Source: Vicinamibacterales bacterium
GTDB taxonomy: Bacteria > Acidobacteriota > Vicinamibacteria > Vicinamibacterales > 2-12-FULL-66-21
DNA: 64,000 bases
NCBI GenBank assembly: GCA_036258175.1
Contig: DATAEE010000391.1
Coordinates: 2,833-66,832, forward strand
Direction of reading: 5' to 3'
Made by a program: the position numbers and the translations under genes
Notes under the pieces: generated by a model
Told to the model about the DNA's origin: nothing
Database searches by the model: none
The model's input: the letters and a program-made list of their open reading frames with translations, nothing else
In this document: one piece after another, positions 1 to 11,095 of the stretch
How positions within the stretch are numbered: the first letter of the stretch is position 1
Layout: every line of letters starts with the position of its first letter

Positions 1-1286
<1,286 letters not shown>

Positions 1287-1365
1287 GGCGCGGGGAGGAT
1301 AACAGATTATTCCCCTTACGGTAACGTTCACGGTTGGCTTTCCGCCGGCCGGGGGCCGTGATAAC

Positions 1366-2790
1366 GTGGGCCCGGTCATGGGCGTACGACCCACCACGCT
1401 GGGCGTCATCGTGGGAAACCGCGGCTTTTTCCCTGCCCATCTGTGTTCCGCGGGGCGCACCGAGGTTCTGGCCGCGTTGCAGCAGGAAGGCTTCGGGGTG
1501 GTGGCGCTTGAGCCCGGTCAGACGCCGCATGGTGCGGTCGAGAGCCTCGCGGACGCGCGCGCCTGCGCCGACCTGTTCCGGGCGCACCGTGACGAGATCG
1601 ACGGCGTGCTCATCACGCTGCCGAACTTCGGCGACGAGCGCGCGGTCGCGAATACGCTACGCTGGGCCGGACTCGACGTACCCGTCCTCGTGCACGCCTT
1701 CGGCGATGAAGGCGACCGAATGACCATCGAGCACCGCCGCGACAGCTTCTGCGGCAAGATGTCGGTCTGCAACAACCTTCGCCAGTACGGCCTCCACTAT
1801 TCGCTGACCTCGCTGCACACGGTCTCGCCGTGCCATGCCTCGTTTCGCGCAGACCTGCGCCGGTTCGGTGCGACGTGCCGGGTCGTTCGCAGCCTCAAGG
1901 GCGCGCGCATCGGGGCGATCGGCGCGAGGCCGGCGGCGTTCAACACCGTCCGGTTCAGCGAGAAGCTCCTCGAGCGATCCGGCATTTCCGTCGAGACGCT
2001 GGATCTGTCGGAGCTGCTCGGCTGGGTGCAGCGGATGGCGGATGGCGACGCGCCGGTCAAAGCCAAGCTCGAGGCGATCAACGCCTATACCGGCACGCAG
2101 GGTATTCCGACGCTTAGTCTGATGCGGATGGCGAAGCTGGGCGTGGCGATCGATCGCTGGATGCAGGAGAAGCAGCTCTCGGCGACCGCCATCCAATGCT
2201 GGACCGCGCTCGAAGAATTCTATGGCGTCGTGCCGTGCACGCTGATGAGCATGATGTCCGAGTCGCTGCTGTCAAGCGCGTGCGAGACGGACATCGCAGG
2301 GTTGGTCGGGATGCACGTCCTGCAGGCGGCCTCCAGGGAGCCGGCCGCGCTCCTCGACTGGAACAACAACTACCGAGAGGATCCGAACAAGGGCGTCGTG
2401 TTTCACTGTTCGAATCTTCCGAAAAGCTTCTTCGCCGGCCACCGGATGGACTACCAGGAGATCATTGCCGGGACCGTCGGCAAGGAGAACACGTTCGGCA
2501 CCATCGTCGGTCGCATTTCGCCCGGTCCCTTCACCTACTGTCGCGTCTCGACGGATGACGAAGCGGGTGGGATCTCGTCTTACGTCGGCGAGGGGCGTTT
2601 CACGGACGACACCCTGGAGACCTTCGGCGGCTATGGCGTCATCGAGGTCCCCGAATTCCAGCGCCTGCTCCAGATGATCTGCAGGAGGGGCTTCGAGCAC
2701 CACGTCGCGGCTACTCGGGCGTCGGTCGCCGAGGGCGTGGAGGACGCGCTCTCGACGTATCTCGGCTGGGACGTCTATCGCCACGCCTGA
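1366..2790 (+). CDS. L-fucose/L-arabinose isomerase family protein (COG2407-like)
   Basis: 474-aa ORF with a GTG start at 1366 (ATG alternative at 1378). The N-terminus [11 protein letters not shown], then [11 protein letters not shown] and VFHCSNLP, are typical of FucI-like isomerases. It is divergent from abfA in a glycan-utilisation context. Confidence 0.75.
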   Translation: MGPVMGVRPTTLGVIVGNRGFFPAHLCSAGRTEVLAALQQEGFGVVALEPGQTPHGAVESLADARACADLFRAHRDEIDGVLITLPNFGDERAVANTLRWAGLDVPVLVHAFGDEGDRMTIEHRRDSFCGKMSVCNNLRQYGLHYSLTSLHTVSPCHASFRADLRRFGATCRVVRSLKGARIGAIGARPAAFNTVRFSEKLLERSGISVETLDLSELLGWVQRMADGDAPVKAKLEAINAYTGTQGIPTLSLMRMAKLGVAIDRWMQEKQLSATAIQCWTALEEFYGVVPCTLMSMMSESLLSSACETDIAGLVGMHVLQAASREPAALLDWNNNYREDPNKGVVFHCSNLPKSFFAGHRMDYQEIIAGTVGKENTFGTIVGRISPGPFTYCRVSTDDEAGGISSYVGEGRFTDDTLETFGGYGVIEVPEFQRLLQMICRRGFEHHVAATRASVAEGVEDALSTYLGWDVYRHA

Positions 2791-2839
2791 GCGGCGTCCG
2801 GCGATCGGCCTGACCTAAGCTCTTCATGGCAGAAACGCA

Positions 2840-5212
2840 ATGACTCGACCCCGATTGGCGATCTTTTCCGCGTGCGTGGTGTGCTTCGCCCTCGCGCAGA
2901 CGGGTGGCGCGCAGCGCATCACGAACGCCGTTCCTGACGTCGCGCGGCCGCTGCCGCTGTCGGCCGTCCGTCTGACGGGTGGGCCCCTCAAGCGCGCACA
3001 GGATCTCAACGGCGAGTACCTGCTCAAGCTTGAGCCCGATCGCATGCTCGCGTATTACAGGCAGCGCGCCGGCCTCGAGCCGAAGGCGGAGCCCTACGGC
3101 GGGTGGGATGGCGACGGCCGCAACCTCACCGGCCACATCGCGGGGCACTACCTCTCGGGCGTCAGCCTGATGTGGGCGGCGACGGGAGACGTGCGCTTCA
3201 AGGAGCGCGCCGATTACATCGTCAAGGAACTGAAAGAGGTCCAGGACAAACAGGCTGATGGTTTTGCCGGCGCGCTGGCAAAGGTCAAAGAGGCATTTGC
3301 GGAAGTGGGCAAGGGAAACATCCGTTCGGCCAGCTTCGATCTGAATGGCCTCTGGTCACCGTGGTACACGCTGCACAAGACCTACGCCGGCCTGCGGGAT
3401 GCGTATCGGTACACCGGCAACCGGACAGCGCTCGACGTCGAGATCGGATTCGCGACGTGGGCGGAAGCGATGCTCGCGCCGATGGACGATGCCCTGATTC
3501 AGAAGATGCTGAATACGGAGTTCGGCGGCATGAACGAGGTGATGGCGGACCTCTATGCCGACACCGGCGACAAGCGGTGGCTCACGCTCTCGTACAAGTT
3601 CGAGCACCGCGCGGTCCTCGATCCGCTCAAGCACCGCGAGGATCCGCTCGACGGCCTGCACGGGAACACACAGGTCCCGAAATTGATCGGATCGCTGTCC
3701 CGGTACGTGTACGCCGGGCAACCCGAGGACCGCACCGCGGCGGAGACCTTCTGGGATCGCGTCGCGCACCATCACACCTTCGCGAGCGGCGGGCATGGAA
3801 AAGATGAGTACTTCCGCGAGCCCGATCGTCTCGGCAACATCGTCGACGGGCGGACTGCAGAGACCTGCAACATCTACAACATGCTGAAGCTGACGCGTTC
3901 TCTTTTCGCGCTGAAGCCGGCCGTCGAGTACGCGGAGTTCCACGAGCGCGCGCTCTTCAACCACATCCTCGGATCGATTGATCCGGAGGACGGCGCCGTC
4001 TGCTACATGGTGCCGGTCGGGCGCGGCGTACGGCGCGAGTACCAGGACATGTTTCGTAGCTTCACGTGCTGCGTCGGCACGAGCATGGAGAGCCACGCGC
4101 TGCACGGACTGGGGATTTACTACGAGTCCGGCGATCGTCTCTGGGTCAACCTCTATGCGCCGTCGACCGCGGAGTGGAAGGCCGCGGGTGTCCGCGTCGC
4201 GATGGACACGACCTTTCCCGAAGGAGATTCGGCCACGTTGAAGGTGACCTCGGACGCGCCGAAGGCGTTCACGCTTGCGGTCCGCCGGCCCTCGTGGGCG
4301 AAGGATGGCTTCGCCGTCAGCGTGAACGGCAAGGCCGTCAAGGATCTTCCAGCCCCGGCGTCGTACGTCGAGCTCAATCGGACGTGGAAGAGCGGCGACA
4401 CTATCGCCGTGACGCTTCCGAAGGGCCTTGCGCTCGAACCGATGCCGGACAACGCGCGTCTTGCGGCCGTCATGTGGGGTCCGCTCGTGCTGGCCGGCGA
4501 TCTCGGCCCGGCGCCGCAGCGCCGCACCGACGTGCCGTCCACCGGCCCGCCGACCGACACACCGCCCAGACCGGACGTTCCCGCGCTCGTCACCGCAGGG
4601 AGACCGGTCACCGACTGGGTGAAGCCGGTCGCTGGCAAGCCGGGCACGTTCCGGAGCGACGGCGTCGGACGGAGCAAAGACGTCGAGCTCGTTCCTTTTT
4701 ATCGTCTGCATCGCCGGACCTACGCCGCCTACTGGGATCTCTTCACGCCGGCGGAGTACGAAAAGAGGATGGCGGAGCTCAGTGCCGAGCGCGAGCGGCA
4801 GCAGAAGCTGGAGGCGTCGAGCATCGCTTTCGTCCAGCCTGGCGGGCAGGAGGCCGAGAAGCCGTTCAATCAGCAGGGCGAGGAGACGTCGATCGTCCGC
4901 GCCGAGGGCCGGCCGGGCCGGCGTGCCGCGAAGTGGTTCTCGTACGATCTGACGGCGTCCGCGCAACCCAGGGCGCTCGTCGTCACCTACAACAGCGACA
5001 ACCGCAGGCCTCGGTCGTTCGACATCCTCGTCGACGGGCGGAAAGTGGGCGAGCAACGGATCGATCAGAGCAGCGTGTCGCGCTTCTTCGACGTCGAGTA
5101 CCCGTTGCCCGCAGATCTCGTGCAGGGCAAACAGAAAAAGCTCACCGTCCGCTTCGAGGCGACGGGCGGGAACGAGGTCGCGCCGGTGTTTGCCGTCCGT
5201 CTCATCCGGTAA
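2840..5212 (+). CDS. GH127 (DUF1680) beta-L-arabinofuranosidase-like glycoside hydrolase, secreted
   Basis: Signal peptide MTRPRLAIFSACVVCFALAQTGGA. Motifs GHIAGHYLSG, HGNTQVPKLIG, AETCNIYNMLKL and FTCCVGTSMESH match the HypBA1-type Cys-rich region. Confidence 0.85.
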   Translation: MTRPRLAIFSACVVCFALAQTGGAQRITNAVPDVARPLPLSAVRLTGGPLKRAQDLNGEYLLKLEPDRMLAYYRQRAGLEPKAEPYGGWDGDGRNLTGHIAGHYLSGVSLMWAATGDVRFKERADYIVKELKEVQDKQADGFAGALAKVKEAFAEVGKGNIRSASFDLNGLWSPWYTLHKTYAGLRDAYRYTGNRTALDVEIGFATWAEAMLAPMDDALIQKMLNTEFGGMNEVMADLYADTGDKRWLTLSYKFEHRAVLDPLKHREDPLDGLHGNTQVPKLIGSLSRYVYAGQPEDRTAAETFWDRVAHHHTFASGGHGKDEYFREPDRLGNIVDGRTAETCNIYNMLKLTRSLFALKPAVEYAEFHERALFNHILGSIDPEDGAVCYMVPVGRGVRREYQDMFRSFTCCVGTSMESHALHGLGIYYESGDRLWVNLYAPSTAEWKAAGVRVAMDTTFPEGDSATLKVTSDAPKAFTLAVRRPSWAKDGFAVSVNGKAVKDLPAPASYVELNRTWKSGDTIAVTLPKGLALEPMPDNARLAAVMWGPLVLAGDLGPAPQRRTDVPSTGPPTDTPPRPDVPALVTAGRPVTDWVKPVAGKPGTFRSDGVGRSKDVELVPFYRLHRRTYAAYWDLFTPAEYEKRMAELSAERERQQKLEASSIAFVQPGGQEAEKPFNQQGEETSIVRAEGRPGRRAAKWFSYDLTASAQPRALVVTYNSDNRRPRSFDILVDGRKVGEQRIDQSSVSRFFDVEYPLPADLVQGKQKKLTVRFEATGGNEVAPVFAVRLIR

Positions 5213-5414
5213 CGCGGATTTCACGGATCACGCGAGCCACGGATTTCACGGATGACGCGGTTTTTTCTTTGCCGCAGATTCACGCAGATAAACGCAGATA
5301 AGCAGGCAAGAAAGACAAGCGAAGTCCGGTTCTGCGTGCGTCCTGCGTGTATCTGCGGTTCTTGAATCCGTGTAATCCGTGGTTCGTGATCGGGATCTGC
5401 GAAATCCGCGGCTA
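5210..5414. repeat. Composite inverted-repeat element (CACGGAT-type outer arms plus GCAGAT-type inner arms) filling a convergent intergenic gap
   Basis: The left end is TAACGCGGATTTCACGGAT. The reverse complement of the right end is TAGCCGCGGATTTCGCAGAT. The inner arms CCGCAGATTCACGCAGATAAACGCAGA and TCTGCGTGCGTCCTGCGTGTATCTGCGG are imperfect complements. The two end triplets are the stop codons of the flanking genes. Confidence 0.7.
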
Positions 5415-7714
5415 GAGCGTGATCGAAACCGGCCGTCCCTGGAACACGACGGTCTTCGTCGTAGTCGCGCCGGCTATTCGGGCCTCGATGGTCCGCGGCA
5501 TCGGTGGCCGCATCCGTGATCCTGGCTCGAGCCGCAGCGTCAGGCGACGCGCGCGATCGTCCCACGCCATCGCGATCCCCATCCACTCGCCTTTGCGGTA
5601 ATCAAACGTCCGCCCGTCGTCCTCGTAGAGCGTGAACGTTCCGTCAGCACCCGGGTACACGCGCACCTCGAACGGCGCGTCGATCTTTTCTGCGGTGAAC
5701 TGCTTGACGGGGCCGAGCGGCAGGATCGCGCCGGCGCGGACATACAGCGGGATCGTGGCGAGGTCGACGGGGCGCTGAAGCTCGCGGCCGCCGTCGATGT
5801 CCTGGCCTGTCCAGAAGTCGTACCACGTTCCATGCGGCAGGTAGACCGACCGGGATCCCGCGCCTTTTTCGGTCACCGGCGCCACGAGGATGTCGCGGCC
5901 CCACAAGTACTCGTCGCCGCGCGCCGACGCGATGCGATCGTCCGGGTAGTGGAGCCAAAGCGACCGCATGATCGGCAAGCCAGAGCGGGTCGTCTCGCGG
6001 ACCACGCTGTACAGGTAGGGCAGCAGTCGATAGCGAAGCTCCAGGTACTTGCGGCAGATCGGCTCGACTGCGGCGTTTCGGAGCTCCGACGCATCCGGAT
6101 TTGCCGCGCCGCTGTAGTTCGGCGTGATGATCTCGTTCGGGCCCAGCTCGCCCGTGTTCCAGCCCCACGGCAGACGCAGATGCCAGCTGCGGCCGTGCGC
6201 GCGAAAGAGCGGGCAGAACGCGCCGAACTGGAACCAGCGCACGTGCAGCTCGCCGGTGTACTCCGCGGTCGGCACGAAGCCGCCGATGTCCGTTCCCCAG
6301 TACGGAATGCCGCTCAGCCCGGTGTTGATCGCAACCGACACGTGCGTGCGGAGCGTTTCCCACGTCGTGTAGACGTCGCCGGACCATAGAAACGCCGCGT
6401 AGCGCTGCATCCCGGCGTGTCCGTTGCGATGCAACGCGAACGGGCGCTCGTTCGCGCGCCAGAGTTGCGAGCCTTCCCAATACATGCGATGCCGCGCGAG
6501 CCGTGACGGCGCGTCCAGGCCGTCCCCTTGATCCGGCCACCAGCCGTCGGCGCCGATGTCGTAGAGCGGCTTGTGATACGGCCAGTAGCAGCTGACCTTC
6601 CGGTCGTCCGGCCATTTGCCGTCGGCCGTCCGCCCGCTCGGCAAACGGTCGGCGTCACTGCACGGATCCGCCACCGCGCCAGCCAGGCGCCGGCCCTCGA
6701 GGACGATGTGGAGGACGACCTTGAAGTTGAGATCGTGCAGCGTGTCGATCATCCGCTTCGGATCGGGGAAGTTGCTGGCGTTCCAGGTGAACTCGCCGTT
6801 GTTCGTGTTCCACCCGGACGGCGTGAAGCCCGTGCCGAGATAGATGAGCGCGTCGCACGGCAGCCGCTTCTCGCGGAACGTCCGCGCCACCTTCACGATT
6901 TCGTCCGGGCCGGCGAGCGTGCGGTGCGACTGAAGATAGCCGAGCGACCAGAGCGGCGGCATTTCCGGATGACCAGTCAGTCGCGCATACTCGGCCATCA
7001 CCTGGACCGGGTCACGTGCTCCAACGATAAAGAGATCGAGCGGCAGGCCGTCCGTCGCGGGGTCGAAGCGGGCTTCCGGGCCCGTGAAATCGAACGACCC
7101 CTGCGGGTGATGGATGAACATCGCCCAGCCTGCGGTGCCGACGAGCCACTGCACGGGCGCGCGGCCTCCGTGCGTGCGCAGCCGGTAACCGCCCGACCGT
7201 TTTTCATCGCATCGGTCGAGCCGCGGCGATCGAATTGCGGCCCGCCCTCGCCAAGACCAAGAAGCGGCCCGTCACCAATGGGGAAGCGCAGCGTGCCTTT
7301 CCCGGGATCGATCTGAAGTTGCTGGACCATCCGGCCGTCTGCAGCGTCCACGCGGACGGTCAGCGGGTCGAAGGAAATAGATACGTTGAACGCGCCGCAG
7401 CGAATGCGGTGACGGTCGCCTGGGGGCATCACTTTCGCCACGGGCGCCGACGATGATGTCGCTGGCTGCGCGAGCGCGCCGTCGAGCGGGACGGACAGGG
7501 TGCGCCCACGGCCGCGCGGGCTCACCGTCACCCGGACGCTGTGCTGTCCGGAGGGCGCGACGGCCACTTCGATCCCCGGGCCTTCAGCCGTGGGGACTCT
7601 GACGAGAGCGGCCGCGCCCGCCGCGCCGAAGGTCTTCAGGGCGTCGCGTCTCGAGATAAAGGGGACAGCTACCTTTTTCCGCACGCCGTAAAAAGGTGAC
7701 TGTCCCCTTTTCAT
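5412..7714 (-). pseudogene. GH31 alpha-glucosidase/alpha-xylosidase-like gene, interrupted by a frameshift near 7190-7205
   Basis: The C-terminal 580 aa (ORF 5412..7154) carry GH31 motifs WWPDQGDG, WSGDVYTTWETL, GIPYWGTDIGGF and FCPLFRAHG. The N-terminal ~170 aa lie in another frame, as the tail of the 999-aa shadow ORF. They read MKRG..SRRDALKTFGAAGAAALV (Tat-like) through LGLGEGGPQFDRRGSTDAMKNG. The frames overlap between 7160 and 7275, next to a T5 run at 7200-7204. Confidence 0.75.
7658..7710. repeat. 53-nt double-stem palindromic element, copy A
   Basis: AAAGGGGACAG-CT-ACCTTTTT, an 11-nt loop, then AAAAAGGT-GA-CTGTCCCCTTT. The outer stem is 11 bp and the inner stem 8 bp. The second copy is at 25690-25742. 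Confidence 0.8.
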
Positions 7715-7723
7715 TGGCCGCCT

Positions 7724-10204
7724 ATGGTAATACCTATCTCCATGTTGCGAAGCGCGCGATTCTGCCTTCCAGTGGTTGCGGCGCTGACGGTTCTTGGTGC
7801 GGCGCAAACGCCACCCGGCTCGGCACGCAGCCTGAAGCGTGACTATCCAGTCCAGCCCGTACCCTTCACGGCGGTGCACCTGACCGACGTGTTCTGGGCG
7901 CCGAAGATCGAGACCAATCGCACCGTCACGATTCCGTTCGCGTTCGAGCAGTGCGAGCGAACGGGCCGCGTGGATTTGTTCGAGCGGGCCGCGACGGTGC
8001 TGCGCGGTCAGCCGCTCGAGAACCGCCAGCCGCCCGGGTATCCCTTCGACGACACTGACGTCTACAAGGTCATCGAGGGCGCATCGTATACGCTCAGCGT
8101 CCACCCTGATCCGAAGCTCGACGCCTACGTCGATTCGCTCATCGCGAAGATCGCCGCGGCGCAGGAGCCGGATGGCTACATTTACACCACGCGGACCATC
8201 GATCCGCAGAACCCGCACAAGTGGGCGGGGAAGGAACGATGGGAGCTCGAGCGCGACGACAGCCACGAGCTGTACAACCTCGGGCACTTGTACGAAGCGG
8301 CCGTGGCGCATTACCTCGCGACCGGCAAGCGCACGCTGCTCGACGTCGCCATCAAGAGCGCCAACCTGCTCGTGAGCGTGTTCGGTCCGGGCAAACGGTC
8401 GATCTGGCCCGGCCACCAGATCACTGAGATGGCGCTTGCGCGGCTGTATCGCGTGACCGGCGACGAGCGCTATCTGACGCTCGCGAAGTTCCTGCTCGAC
8501 GAGCGCGGGCCGAATCCCGGCGAGAAAGTGAACCCGCGCGGGTTGGCCTACAACCAGGCGCAGCAGCGCGTGGTCGAGCAGACCGAGCCCGTCGGCCACG
8601 CCGTCCGCGCAACGTACATGTACTCCGGAATGGCGGATGTCGCGGCGTTGACCGGCGACGCCGCCTACATTAAGGCGATCGACACGATCTGGGAAAACAC
8701 CGTCGGCAGGAAGCTGTACATCACCGGCGGGATCGGCGCGACGGGCGCCGGCGAAGCGTTCGGCCACCATTACGAGTTGCCGAACATGACGGCGTACAAC
8801 GAGACGTGCGCGTCGATAGGGATGGACTACTGGAACCACCGCCTGTTCCTGCTCCATGGCGACGCGAAGTACATCGACGTCATGGAGCGGACGCTGTTCA
8901 ACGGCTTGATCTCGGGCGTGTCGCTGGACGGCAAGACGTTCTTCTATCCGAACCCGCTCGAGTCGAACGGCCAGCACGAGCGCAGCCCGTGGTTCGGCGT
9001 CGCTTGCTGTCCATCGAACATCACACGGTTCCTGGCGTCGGTTCCCGGCTACGTGTACGCAAAGCAAGGTGAGACGATCTACGTCAACCTCTTCGCGGAA
9101 AGCAGGGCTGAGATCGACGTGGGCGGCGGACGCGTGCTGAAGATCGTCCAGGAAACGCGATATCCGTGGGACGGCCTGGTCCACCTGAAGATAGATCCGG
9201 GAGCTGCGCGGTTCTTCGAGATCAAAGTACGCATCCCGGGCTGGGCGAGCGACAGGCCCGTGCCGAGCGATCTCTACCGTTTCTATACAGTGACGCGTGA
9301 TTCCTTGGTCCGGAGGCGGATGCTGATGGTCAACGGTGAGCATGTCTCGTTGAACCAGGCAAAGGGCTATGCAAGCCTCGCGCGAGTCTGGCGTGCCGGA
9401 GACACGATCGATCTGAACCTTCCGATGCCAGTCCAACGCGTTTTCGCGCACGACAGCGTTGAAGCCGATCGCGGACGCGTCGCGCTGCAGCGCGGACCGT
9501 TGATGTTCGCCGCCGAGTGGCCCGACAATCCGAACGGCCGTGTACGCAATCTGGTTCTGACGGACTCGACGCCGTTGACCTCTGAGTTCCGGCCGAACCT
9601 GCTGAATGGCGTGCAGGTGATCACAGGACGCGCCACTGCGCTCGCGTTCGACGAGAAGGGCGCCGTCACGAAGACGGAGCAGGACTTCACAGCCATTCCG
9701 TATTACGCGTGGGCGAACCGCGGACGCGGGCAGATGATCGTCTGGCTGCCGAACTCGGAGGCGAACGCGCGACCCGCGCCGTACCCGACGCTCGCGACGG
9801 CCGCAACGGTGACGACCTCCGGCCGGAAGAACCCGCGGATGATCAATGACGGCGAGGAACCTCCAGCGTCCGCGGATTCGTCGTCGTATTTCGACTGGTG
9901 GCCGACGCGTGGGACGACCGAGTGGGCCGAGATGACGTTCGCGAAGACAGCGACGGTCTCCGGCGTCGAGCTGTATTGGTTCGACGACACCGGCCACGGC
10001 CAGGTGCGCGTGCCCGCCTCCTGGCGCCTCTTATATAAGGATGGCGCCGAGTGGAAGCCCGTCGCCCCGAGCGGTCCTTACGGTGTCGCGAAGGACGCCT
10101 GGAACAAAGTGGCGTTCGCGCCGGTCACGACCACCGCCCTGCGCCTCGAAGTGACGATGCAGCCGCAGTGGTCCGCGGGGATCCAGGAGTGGAAAGTTCG
10201 CTGA
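7724..10204 (+). CDS. GH127 (DUF1680) beta-L-arabinofuranosidase-like hydrolase with a C-terminal discoidin/F5-8 type C-like module
   Basis: The likely true start is ATG 7742, giving signal peptide MLRSARFCLPVVAALTVLGA. Motifs are SHELYNLGHLYEAAVAHY, GHAVRATYMYSGM, YNETCASIGM and FGVACCPSNITRF. The C-terminus EWAEMTFAKTATVSGVELYWFDD looks like a carbohydrate-binding jelly-roll. Confidence 0.85.
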   Translation: MVIPISMLRSARFCLPVVAALTVLGAAQTPPGSARSLKRDYPVQPVPFTAVHLTDVFWAPKIETNRTVTIPFAFEQCERTGRVDLFERAATVLRGQPLENRQPPGYPFDDTDVYKVIEGASYTLSVHPDPKLDAYVDSLIAKIAAAQEPDGYIYTTRTIDPQNPHKWAGKERWELERDDSHELYNLGHLYEAAVAHYLATGKRTLLDVAIKSANLLVSVFGPGKRSIWPGHQITEMALARLYRVTGDERYLTLAKFLLDERGPNPGEKVNPRGLAYNQAQQRVVEQTEPVGHAVRATYMYSGMADVAALTGDAAYIKAIDTIWENTVGRKLYITGGIGATGAGEAFGHHYELPNMTAYNETCASIGMDYWNHRLFLLHGDAKYIDVMERTLFNGLISGVSLDGKTFFYPNPLESNGQHERSPWFGVACCPSNITRFLASVPGYVYAKQGETIYVNLFAESRAEIDVGGGRVLKIVQETRYPWDGLVHLKIDPGAARFFEIKVRIPGWASDRPVPSDLYRFYTVTRDSLVRRRMLMVNGEHVSLNQAKGYASLARVWRAGDTIDLNLPMPVQRVFAHDSVEADRGRVALQRGPLMFAAEWPDNPNGRVRNLVLTDSTPLTSEFRPNLLNGVQVITGRATALAFDEKGAVTKTEQDFTAIPYYAWANRGRGQMIVWLPNSEANARPAPYPTLATAATVTTSGRKNPRMINDGEEPPASADSSSYFDWWPTRGTTEWAEMTFAKTATVSGVELYWFDDTGHGQVRVPASWRLLYKDGAEWKPVAPSGPYGVAKDAWNKVAFAPVTTTALRLEVTMQPQWSAGIQEWKVR

Positions 10205-10330
10205 GCCACGGATGTCGCGGATCACGAAGCCACGGATTACACGGATTATTTCGCTACGGATTTCACGGATTCTTAAGGAACCGCAGATTCACGCAGATAC
10301 TATCTGCGTGAATCTGCGTCCATCTGCGGC
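10202..10330. repeat. Left arm of a composite inverted-repeat element (CACGGAT units plus a perfect GCAGAT hairpin)
   Basis: TGAGCCACGGATGTCGCGGATCAC begins at the GH127 stop codon. An 18-bp perfect stem, CGCAGATTCACGCAGATA/TATCTGCGTGAATCTGCG, lies at 10282-10318. Confidence 0.7.
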
Positions 10331-10507
10331 CGGACATCCAAGTTACGCCGATGCAGCCAAGACATGGCGCAGGTCGGAGGCGGCTCCTTGATCGTATCGA
10401 GACTTCGAACTCTGTGAAACCTAAGACCACCTTTGCATTAAAGAATCGCTTTGTCTGGATTGTTGCCTTCGTAGCTCGGGAGCCCACGGCCATGAGTAGG
10501 AGGGTGC

Positions 10508-10840
10508 GTGGAGACCACGATTGAGCTCGAGATCGCTGGCCTCGGTATCATCTTCTACTCGCCCTTCGCGGTCGCCCACATCCAGAAGGATGAGGAATAC
10601 ATAGAGGTTCACTTCTGGGAACCGCCGGATGTCGCCGCGCATGTCAATGCATGCACCATATCGGCCTTTGGGACCGGCGGTCCGGGCACGTTTGTCCTGC
10701 GGCTGTATGACGGCGAACTCGACGTTCAGGTTCTCAAGTCGGCGAAGGCAAGCGTCCGCCTCGGTATTGAGGTCCGTGACAGCACGCTGTGCTTTCGGGA
10801 TCTCTACGACCTCCGGTTCTTTTGCCAAACGAGGTACTAA
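10508..10840 (+). CDS. Hypothetical protein (110 aa) in a low-GC islet
   Basis: GTG start 6 nt after a strong SD, TAGGAGG (10495-10501). Local GC is lower (28/60 at 10381-10440). I recognise no family. The FGTGGPGTFVLRLYDGE stretch is only reminiscent of small beta-rich immunity/DUF proteins. Confidence 0.5.
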   Translation: METTIELEIAGLGIIFYSPFAVAHIQKDEEYIEVHFWEPPDVAAHVNACTISAFGTGGPGTFVLRLYDGELDVQVLKSAKASVRLGIEVRDSTLCFRDLYDLRFFCQTRY

Positions 10841-11016
10841 AAGACCAGGGCCTCTAAGAGCAAGTCAAACTGAAGGCCGAGCAGCATGGTGTCGAATTCG
10901 GAACCGCCGCCCCGCGGCGACTTGCCATGTAACGCACCTTAAGAATGAAGATGCTGCATCGGCTCGAGGCAACGTCGGTGGAAGCAACGGAGCCGCAAAG
11001 TGAACGTAGGTTTTCT

Positions 11017-11095
11017 GATCCGCGTAATCCGTGGCTCGTACGTGGAATCTGTGAAATCCGTGGCTCGTGGGTAGGATCCGCGAAATCCGCGGCTA
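11017..11095. repeat. Right arm of the composite inverted-repeat element (ATCCGTG units)
   Basis: The reverse complement of the end, TAGCCGCGGATTTCGCGGATCC, matches the left end at 10202 (17/19 over the core). The terminal CTA is the GNAT gene's stop codon. Confidence 0.65.

Noticed and set aside
1287-1365. Candidate operator in the abfA / isomerase divergent region (GATAAC repeats, GTAACGTTCAC).
   Set aside because: It has only weak, imperfect dyad symmetry and no adjacent regulator gene. It is not distinguishable from chance by eye.
7150-7280. Programmed ribosomal frameshifting in the GH31 gene.
   Set aside because: I see no slippery heptamer-plus-structure signal that I can defend, and no precedent for this family. 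A simple 1-nt indel (pseudogene or assembly error) is more parsimonious.
6998-9997. A 999-aa minus-strand ORF, the longest in this region.
   Set aside because: About 760 of its codons are antisense to the well-supported GH127 gene at 7724..10204. Only the stretch from ATG 7714 to about 7200 is real, as the GH31 N-terminus.
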